From a virus (taxonomy: Duplodnaviria > Caudoviricetes): 63,202 nucleotides of DNA. Location of the stretch: positions 1-63,202 of IMG/VR virus record IMGVR_UViG_3300010222_000004. One strand, 5' to 3'. The notes below the pieces were generated by a model, which worked only from the letters and a program-made list of their open reading frames with translations, was not told the DNA's origin and did not search any database. The translations under genes and the position numbers were made by a program. Positions 57,021 to 63,202 of this stretch are shown here, piece after piece (within the stretch, counting starts at the first letter, position 1; each line of letters opens with the position of its first letter).

Positions 57021-57665
57021 ATGGTTGCGTCTAAACAAGCAACTGTGACTGAACGGAGGGCCCTATTAACCGATCGGGAGCGCGAGATAATCGCCGGCGA
57101 CGCCGATGTAGAAGATTCGTACCGCTATCAGACAATCAGCCGGGTTCGCGCTCGATTCGACCGGCTCAAGGGCGACCTCGAAGCGTTCGAAAAGCACGGC
57201 GACCTGGGAGACGAGTTCCGGGATATAGTCTGCCGCGCCGAGGGCGACCGCCGAGACGCCACGGAGGCGGACGAGGCGCACGTCGAAGACAGATCCGGTG
57301 GTCCCCCCGGACCAACGGCGGACGCGCCAGACGAGCCGCCTGTGGGCGCGAGCGACGATGACCTCGCGACGGTCGAGTTCCCCGGCGGCCGCGACCGCGA
57401 GGCCTGCGAGGCCGCGGTCTATGCGGCGCGGGACTACCTCGAGGAACACGGGTCGGCATCGATGCGCGAGCTCGTCACCGAGGTCATGCCCGACCATCCG
57501 CTCGGGTACGACGTCAACGGCGCCCTGGAGAAAGTCGAGTCGGGCGACCGCTATCGCGGGTCGTGGTGGCGACGGGTCGTCAAGCCCGGCCTGAACGCGC
57601 TCCCCGACGTCGCCGCACCGGCCGGCGGCGGGAAGTGGCGCTACACCGGTGAGACGGACGCATGA
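57021..57665 (+). CDS. Putative transcription regulator (N-terminal LLTDREREI domain + wHTH)
   Basis: RALLTDREREII...ISRVRAR; C-terminal wHTH-like. Confidence 0.7.
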   Translation: MVASKQATVTERRALLTDREREIIAGDADVEDSYRYQTISRVRARFDRLKGDLEAFEKHGDLGDEFRDIVCRAEGDRRDATEADEAHVEDRSGGPPGPTADAPDEPPVGASDDDLATVEFPGGRDREACEAAVYAARDYLEEHGSASMRELVTEVMPDHPLGYDVNGALEKVESGDRYRGSWWRRVVKPGLNALPDVAAPAGGGKWRYTGETDA

Positions 57666-57787
57666 CCGACGGGGCGTCGATGCGCGCGCTCGCCGACGAG
57701 CTGGGGGTCTCCCGGCATACGGTTGGCAACTTCCTCAACCACCACGAGATCGAGACGCGCCCGCCGGGGGGCGCTACTGAGCTGTGA
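57662..57787 (+). CDS. Micro-HTH protein
   Basis: SMRALADELGVSRHTVGNFLNHHEIETR. Confidence 0.45.
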   Translation: MTDGASMRALADELGVSRHTVGNFLNHHEIETRPPGGATEL

Positions 57788-58002
57788 ATCACTACACCGT
57801 CCTTGGAAATCATGACAACTGATACATCAGAACCCCGGAAGTGGGCGGATGGTGAGGAGGAGCGATGGATGCATCCGTGCGACGGCTGCGGACGGGATAT
57901 CCCGTTTGCCTCGGAGCGTTGCGCCGACTGCCTATCGGGAGATCGAGCCCCCACGTTAGCCGACTTCGGCGAGGACACTTCGTAGTATTCCAATATACCA
58001 AA

Positions 58003-58512
58003 ATGAGCAAACGAACCCATATCGATCTCGGGGCGGGCCTCGGCGGCTGGACGGCCCCGTTCCAGGCCGCCGCCGGCTGGCAGTCGGTCGGGGTCGACAT
58101 CCGCGCGGACCTGGAGGCAGACGTCATCGGAGACATCCGACACCTCCCGGTCGACTGCTCGCCGACGCTGTTGACCATGTCGCCGCCATGCACGGAGTTC
58201 GCCCGCTGGATGCTCCCGTGGTGCGATCAAGAGACTGCCGATCTGTCGCTCGTTGAGGCCTGCCTGGATGCCGTTGAGGAGCTGGCCCCGACGTGGTGGA
58301 TCTTAGAGAATAGCCGCGGGCTGAAGCAATACTGGGGCCGGCAAGAGACCAAGCGCGTCGGCCCATACTATCTGTGGGGCGACTTCCCGCCGTTCGACGT
58401 GGCGCTCAGCGACGGCGGCAAGATGCAGATTAGCGGCGAGAACCCCGAACAGCGCGCCGAGATCCCGTTTGAACTCGCGGATGCGCTCCGACGCGCCATA
58501 GAGTGGCAATGA
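58003..58512 (+). CDS. Short DNA cytosine-5 methyltransferase-like protein
   Basis: Motif I IDLGAGLGG, motif IV SPPC, motif VI WILEN. Confidence 0.8.
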   Translation: MSKRTHIDLGAGLGGWTAPFQAAAGWQSVGVDIRADLEADVIGDIRHLPVDCSPTLLTMSPPCTEFARWMLPWCDQETADLSLVEACLDAVEELAPTWWILENSRGLKQYWGRQETKRVGPYYLWGDFPPFDVALSDGGKMQISGENPEQRAEIPFELADALRRAIEWQ

Positions 58513-58860
58513 CTCGTGTGTACTCCGATATACGAAACTGAAACTATGAACCAGAACCCCGACACACAGAACGAGCGCGGAGAACAGCCGAGCGAGACTG
58601 AGCGATTGAAGCACTGGCAGGAGTGCGAGATCCCTGGTTGGTTCAATGATGTCCCGAAGGCGAAGGGAATTTGTGATCGCCATGCCGGAGCAGGGTCGGT
58701 GTGACGCTGATGGGCATCTGCAGCCTGTGCGCTGATGAAAAGCCAATCCATGTTCCCCACGAACGACGGCGGTTGACTCGTGGTCCGGACGGGGACAAGC
58801 TCTGTGCTCGTCACGCCAAAGAAGTGTGGGACGACCACGAGGTAGACACGGATACCGACC

Positions 58861-59142
58861 ATGCCGAGTGATACACACGCAGACGGCGGGCGACGACGTC
58901 ACGCCCCGACGATCAACGATGACGGCACAATAACACTGTATGGCGCCGGACCGACGTGTCCGGGCTGCGGTGGTCCGACGCACGCCGTTACAGGCGATGA
59001 CGACGCCGAACAGCCGTGGTGGTGTCAATCGTGCAACGTGCGATTTGACGACGACGGGAATTACGGCGCACAAGCGGCGTTCCCGTCGGGGGATGAGCCA
59101 AACAGCCACTCGACAGGCACCGGAACAGACAATGCCGAGTGA
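58861..59142 (+). CDS. CPxCG zinc-finger protein
   Basis: CPGCG...WCQSC. Confidence 0.55.
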   Translation: MPSDTHADGGRRRHAPTINDDGTITLYGAGPTCPGCGGPTHAVTGDDDAEQPWWCQSCNVRFDDDGNYGAQAAFPSGDEPNSHSTGTGTDNAE

Positions 59143-59467
59143 CCCAGCAAATGAGGCGGCTGCTGCCGCCCGACGGGCGGAGCGAAGGCTCAGAAACACC
59201 CCGAACGCTGTCTTAGGCGGCCAGCCGATAGGGGAGTGTCCGTGCGGCGGCCGGTTTGACTACGGCACCCCCAGCGCAGACGTCGAAAACTTGGACCCGT
59301 GTCCCGGCTGCGGGTCTCGCGAGTGGTACAAGTGGGGATACCGATACAATGGCGAGGAGATTCGTCGGGATCAGGCGTGGGATCGGTACGACGCTCCCCC
59401 ATCGGCCTCGGCAGACGGTACCCCTCGGGACACAGACCGCAGTAACGAGTCTAATCAGAGGAAATAG
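59132..59467 (+). CDS. CPxCG zinc-finger protein
   Basis: CPCGG...CPGCG. Confidence 0.55.
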   Translation: MPSDPANEAAAAARRAERRLRNTPNAVLGGQPIGECPCGGRFDYGTPSADVENLDPCPGCGSREWYKWGYRYNGEEIRRDQAWDRYDAPPSASADGTPRDTDRSNESNQRK

Positions 59468-59471
59468 ACCC

Positions 59472-59663
59472 ATGACCGACAACGAGCAACTTGACCAGAG
59501 CGATACGAAACGCTACGGCTACTCTCGCCTAACGGACACGTGGTATCAAGTAACCGACTGGAAAGACCTTGGAGACGGCAAGATACGGGCAAAATCGAAG
59601 GAAAAGGTTCGCCGAGAGGATGTCCCCCAGAAGTGGATAGAGGCGACTGACGAGCGTTCGTAG
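59472..59663 (+). CDS. Small hypothetical protein
   Basis: MTDNEQLDQSDTKRYGYS. Confidence 0.55.
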   Translation: MTDNEQLDQSDTKRYGYSRLTDTWYQVTDWKDLGDGKIRAKSKEKVRREDVPQKWIEATDERS

Positions 59664-59796
59664 ACACGGGAACTGATTATGACGACTGATACACCCGCAG
59701 ACGGTGGCGAACAGAACGCGGCTAACGACCAGTCGCCCTTCGCGTTCGGCAACGACGACTGCCGCGTTCGAACGTTCAGACCCGACTAAAAGAACC

Positions 59797-59829
59797 AACG
59801 GTCACTGGCAAGACTGCGCTGGGGCTTAG
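59797..59829 (-). repeat. 33-bp direct repeat (partner 54674-54706)
   Basis: Immediately 3' of the stop codon of 59831-60028. Confidence 0.85.
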
Positions 59830-59830
59830 G

Positions 59831-60028
59831 TCACCGTCGCCGCAGCTCTGACTCAAAGCGTTCCAATTCGTCGCGGACGATGCTGCGGATGTCGTCCTCG
59901 TCGACCGCGTCGCGATCGGGCGCCCCTTCGTTAAGGTACTCAACCCACGTCATGCGCATGTCTTGGCGGCGTTCGTTGTGGCGCTCAAAGACGTCTCTCG
60001 GGATGACGATGCTCGTGCGGTCGCTCAT
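59831..60028 (-). CDS. RHH-like small DNA-binding protein
   Basis: RTSIVIPRDVFERHNERRQDMRMTWVEYL. Confidence 0.65.
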   Translation of the reverse strand: MSDRTSIVIPRDVFERHNERRQDMRMTWVEYLNEGAPDRDAVDEDDIRSIVRDELERFESELRRR

Positions 60029-60465
60029 CGCCGCTCCTCCAGCAACTCGTCGACGAAGCCTGTGCGAGGGATAATCGCCGTGTCCATCGCCCCGAGTGTG
60101 TCGGGACTGGCACCGTGACGGCGGGCAAACTCGTTGAGCGCCCACGGGACGGCCGCGGCGACTGCACCAGTCACGTCGGCGATCTCCTCTATCTCGTCGA
60201 TTGTGGGGCCCCATGCCACGTGGCTAACGTAGATGCATACGTAGTCGTCGGTTTGGGCGATAACCGTCGGTTCGCCGGATTGGTCCCAGTCCTCGGGGAC
60301 CTCCCGATCGGCCCACTCGTCGCCCCATTCGTTCATCTCGGCCAGCGTAACGCTGACCGCTCGTGCCAGCTCGTCGACGGCAACGTCGGGGTGGCCGTCG
60401 GCAGCGCGTTCGAGGTCGCGGCGGGAAAGCGGTTCGATGTCGTGGGTTGCGGTGTGGTCCGTCAT
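60025..60465 (-). CDS. Hypothetical protein
   Basis: Acidic ORF coupled to RHH gene. Confidence 0.65.
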   Translation of the reverse strand: MTDHTATHDIEPLSRRDLERAADGHPDVAVDELARAVSVTLAEMNEWGDEWADREVPEDWDQSGEPTVIAQTDDYVCIYVSHVAWGPTIDEIEEIADVTGAVAAAVPWALNEFARRHGASPDTLGAMDTAIIPRTGFVDELLEERR

Positions 60466-60480
60466 TGTCCTTCTACATCC

Positions 60481-60529
60481 ATGCATTGCATTGCAACCTA
60501 CTTATAGATTTGCATTGCACTGCATTGTA
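60481..60529 (-). promoter_or_regulatory. Promoter with TGCA(T) operator repeats
   Basis: ATGCATTGCATTGCAAC...TTATA...TTGCATTGCACTGCATTG. Confidence 0.6.
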
Positions 60530-60672
60530 TCAGAGAGAACGGGGTTGCAACGGCGCTATCCCGCGAAGGCGAAGAGAATTTGTGATCGCCATGCCAGAGG
60601 AGGGTCGGTATGACGACACCGTGTATGAATCGTATGAAAAGTATTAAGTGGTTGGGTGCATATGGTGTATAT

Positions 60673-60945
60673 ATGGAGCAAAACACTGCAACCGCGAAAG
60701 GTCTGATAAAGAGAAGCCTCAAAACGAACGGCGCGTCAGAAAGCCTCGCTGGAGCGGTCGCCGATGCTGCTGCCCGAGCTGGCCTCAGCCGAGTCAACGT
60801 CGGCTACAACTCCCTTGGCGGGAGCATTGAGGTCAACGTTGACGGCGACGTCCCCGACGCGCTCCACGAGCGCCTGACCGACATGGGGTTTGAGCGCAAC
60901 GACAATATGAGTACGGCGGGGATTGTCCGCTACGACGACAACTAA
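60673..60945 (+). CDS. Hypothetical protein
   Basis: Leaderless ATG 29 nt after the start of TTAAGTGGTTGGGTG. Confidence 0.6.
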   Translation: MEQNTATAKGLIKRSLKTNGASESLAGAVADAAARAGLSRVNVGYNSLGGSIEVNVDGDVPDALHERLTDMGFERNDNMSTAGIVRYDDN

Positions 60946-61076
60946 CTGTTGTTTAAAATGGTTGTTCACAACGCTGTCTGTGACAATTGTGGCTGTGGAT
61001 TCGCCTACGACGCGCCACCAACCCCGTCTGTCACTCCGGATTACTGCTCAAGCGGCTGTGCGCGGCTGGATCAGAG

Positions 61077-61214
61077 ATGACCGACTCCAGTATTAGGGTT
61101 AGCAGCGACGTTCGGCGGCGACTCAAGGTCTACGCATCGATGCATGGTGTCACACAAGGGGATGCGATAGACCAGCTACTTGATGAGGTTGGCGCCCCCG
61201 AAGTGCCCCGGTGA
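61077..61214 (+). CDS. RHH microprotein
   Basis: SSIRVSSDVRRRLKVYASMHGVTQGDAIDQLL. Confidence 0.65.
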   Translation: MTDSSIRVSSDVRRRLKVYASMHGVTQGDAIDQLLDEVGAPEVPR

Positions 61215-61455
61215 TTGAGGGGCAGATAAGTAGAGTTGGCTTTTCTCGCGGTATCGATCGCTGTCCTGTTCGGGGGAAGAGTCGGACAGTTACGTTGTGA
61301 GCACGCGCAGCGAAAATAGCTTGAATGTGGGACCCGTGGACCCCACCGCAGCACGAAGCGGCCCAGCGGGCGACAGCGGGGGGCTTGGTCCCCCCGCCCT
61401 ATACGATTCGCAGATCGGTCACATCCTGCGTACTGGGGGGTTCCGGCCCCCAATA

Positions 61456-61773
61456 CTACCGGATTATGCGCAGGTCGTCGCCTAGCCCGGTCGGAAGCTG
61501 GCTTTCGTCGTAGCGCCGGATGGTCGCTTCCACCCAGTCGTCGCTATTGACTTCCAGCATAACCGACTGGTCAACCTGCTTGTAGATCACGGGGCTGGCG
61601 TCCGCTCGCGCCAGTTCGTGGACCAATTCGGTCGCCCGACCGGACTGATGGTCCTGTATCGGCAGCATGGACACCAGGCCGTCGACGGACACCGCACGAG
61701 GTTCGTAGAACCCCTGGGTGTGCATCTTGGCCAGGATCGTCGCCCGAATAGTGTCGTCTTCCTCGGTATTCAT
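61456..61773 (-). CDS. Hypothetical (wHTH-like) protein
   Basis: GGAGGTGA RBS; acidic ORF. Confidence 0.6.
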   Translation of the reverse strand: MNTEEDDTIRATILAKMHTQGFYEPRAVSVDGLVSMLPIQDHQSGRATELVHELARADASPVIYKQVDQSVMLEVNSDDWVEATIRRYDESQLPTGLGDDLRIIR

Positions 61774-61946
61774 GACGTGTCACCTCCGGCGGGTTTCGGG
61801 ACTACCCCATCGCACCCGCTACCATATCCAACGGCCCCCTACTACTTAACACTATTTCATTGATGCAAAACTCTGTTTTGACACTGCATATCTATGTTCT
61901 ACCATTGCAATAGACTTTAGTAGGAGCAGGTTGTAGATAGGGATGC

Positions 61947-62453
61947 ATGATGCCCGACCAGACCAACGACGTGGCGCTCGCGGCACGAGCATCCACGCCC
62001 GACGAGTTGCGCGCGGCGTACTACGGGGCTGACCGCGAAGGCGTGCTGCAGGAGGCCGGCGAATCCGTCCTTGAGCGGCTGCTGACGCCGGACGCTCGCG
62101 TGCGGATTCTCGATCAGTTGCTCCAGCATCCGGCGACGGCCATGTCCGTCTCCCAGATCGTGAGCGGGACCGATATGTCCCCGTCCACGTTCCACCGGCA
62201 TCGCGAGGCGCTGCAGGACCTGGGTGTCCTGCTCGAAGACGAGAAGGTCGGGAACGCGCAGACCTACCGGCTGCACGTCGATCATCCCGTCGTGCAGCTG
62301 CTGGCCATGCTGTCGGCCGTCACGACCTGGGGCAGCACGCAGCAGCTCCTTGCTGACGAGTGGATCGGTGACGGCAGTAGCGATGAGACTCCCGACCTGG
62401 AGGCACTGCTGGCCGAGCGCGGGGTTGAGGACGACCTGCCGGGAACCGAGTGA
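61947..62453 (+). CDS. ArsR-like winged-helix regulator
   Basis: ARVRILDQLL...MSVSQI...STFHRHREALQDLGVL...GNAQTYRL. Confidence 0.8.
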   Translation: MMPDQTNDVALAARASTPDELRAAYYGADREGVLQEAGESVLERLLTPDARVRILDQLLQHPATAMSVSQIVSGTDMSPSTFHRHREALQDLGVLLEDEKVGNAQTYRLHVDHPVVQLLAMLSAVTTWGSTQQLLADEWIGDGSSDETPDLEALLAERGVEDDLPGTE

Positions 62454-62485
62454 ATCGAGAGAGAAACAATCCCAGTCCTTGATCC

Positions 62486-62731
62486 ATGACCCCAGATGCA
62501 GACAAGATAGAGCAACACGACGTGCCGCTCGCAGCACTCGCACATAGATTATGGACCCATTGGAGCCAACACATCGCGGAAGAGGAGGATATCAGCGAGG
62601 AGCGGCTTCGGCGATGGGATCAGTTGTGGGTGCCCTACGGCGACCTTCCAGACGATGCGAAGGAAACCGACAGGCAGCTCGTTGAGCAATATTGCGATGA
62701 GCAGCCAGATTATCCGCCTGAGAGCGGATGA
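62486..62731 (+). CDS. RyR-domain-like small protein
   Basis: LAALAHRLW...LWVPYGDLPDDAKETDR. Confidence 0.6.
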   Translation: MTPDADKIEQHDVPLAALAHRLWTHWSQHIAEEEDISEERLRRWDQLWVPYGDLPDDAKETDRQLVEQYCDEQPDYPPESG

Positions 62732-62948
62732 ACCATATACTACGATACAGAACTATGCCACTGCGTAGTGAGAGCAGAGCCGAGGCCGAGGTGCAGCACT
62801 CCGGGGCAGAGACACTGCAGCCCACCAAGTGGCTCAAACGACTGGTATCAGACCCTCACGCCGAGGAAGAAGACGCCTGCGATGAGTGTAGTCGGTGCGG
62901 CACTTGGTAGTTGTCGAATACACCAAAGTACACACTCTGATACGAACG

Positions 62949-63006
62949 GTCGCTTGAGGACTGGCTGGCCGACTCGCGGTATCGCTTCGCCGCCGTGCGG
63001 CCCGTC
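62949..63006 (+). repeat. 58-bp direct repeat, partner at 10371-10428
   Basis: 50/58 identical. Confidence 0.85.
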
Positions 63007-63057
63007 AGCAGGACGTGACTATCAGGACAGATCAGCATGCGGTTATCGCCCCAGCGC

Positions 63058-63090
63058 TTAACCAACAGACCATCCGCCAGTGTTGGTTAA
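63058..63090. repeat. TTAACCAACA/TGTTGGTTAA palindrome copy E (13-nt spacer)
   Basis: Preceded by GCGGTTATCGCCC as is copy B. Confidence 0.85.
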
Positions 63091-63202
63091 GAATACCGCC
63101 AGTCCGGTCCGAGGAAGATTTACTGGCTCAGAGGTCGGCGTCGTCATCGTCGCTGTCGCGTTTCCAGACCGTCAGGAATGGATCATCGCCGACTTCGCTG
63201 TC

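Noticed and set aside
7180-59710. Recurrent (A/T)DGG peptide motif in accessory proteins as a shuffling signal
   Set aside because: Too short in a GC-rich, Asp/Gly-rich background to support without statistics.
10316-63090. TTAACCAACA palindromes as a CRISPR mini-array
   Set aside because: Copies are kilobases apart with no repeat-spacer periodicity and no cas genes.

Overview
High-GC haloarchaeal (Halobacteria-type, acidic proteome) mobile DNA. 1-4.9 kb: two conjugation-type ATPases (VirB4-like C-terminal part; a VirD4/TraD-like protein with a long C-terminal extension) followed by a phased CCGTTGGA array. 5-12.5 kb: two IS200/IS605 (tnpB, no tnpA) elements and small self-regulated gene cassettes. 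12.5-63 kb: an apparently complete head-tail (siphovirus-like) virus or provirus with a phiH1-like repressor, Zn-finger microprotein operons, a DHH phosphoesterase, a pre-terminase adhesion module, TerS/TerL, portal, protease-scaffold, major capsid protein, neck, tail tube, a frameshifted tail chaperone, tape measure, several receptor-binding proteins and an accessory right arm (short C5-methyltransferase, RyR-like protein). No integrase, polymerase, helicase, tRNA or CRISPR array was recognised. Most striking: (i) two free-standing HNH genes sit in morphogenesis genes with a diverged duplicate of the interrupted gene end, so the host gene stays intact without intron or intein; (ii) a dispersed TTAACCAACA-N12/13/22-TGTTGGTTAA palindrome family, one copy split exactly by a tnpB element whose predicted guide matches a sister copy; (iii) three promoter-proximal leader RNAs sharing one nested-stem / GTG-N6-CAC architecture; (iv) diverged direct repeats bracketing the viral genome next to conjugation genes. 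All protein calls come from motif recognition by eye, not database searches.
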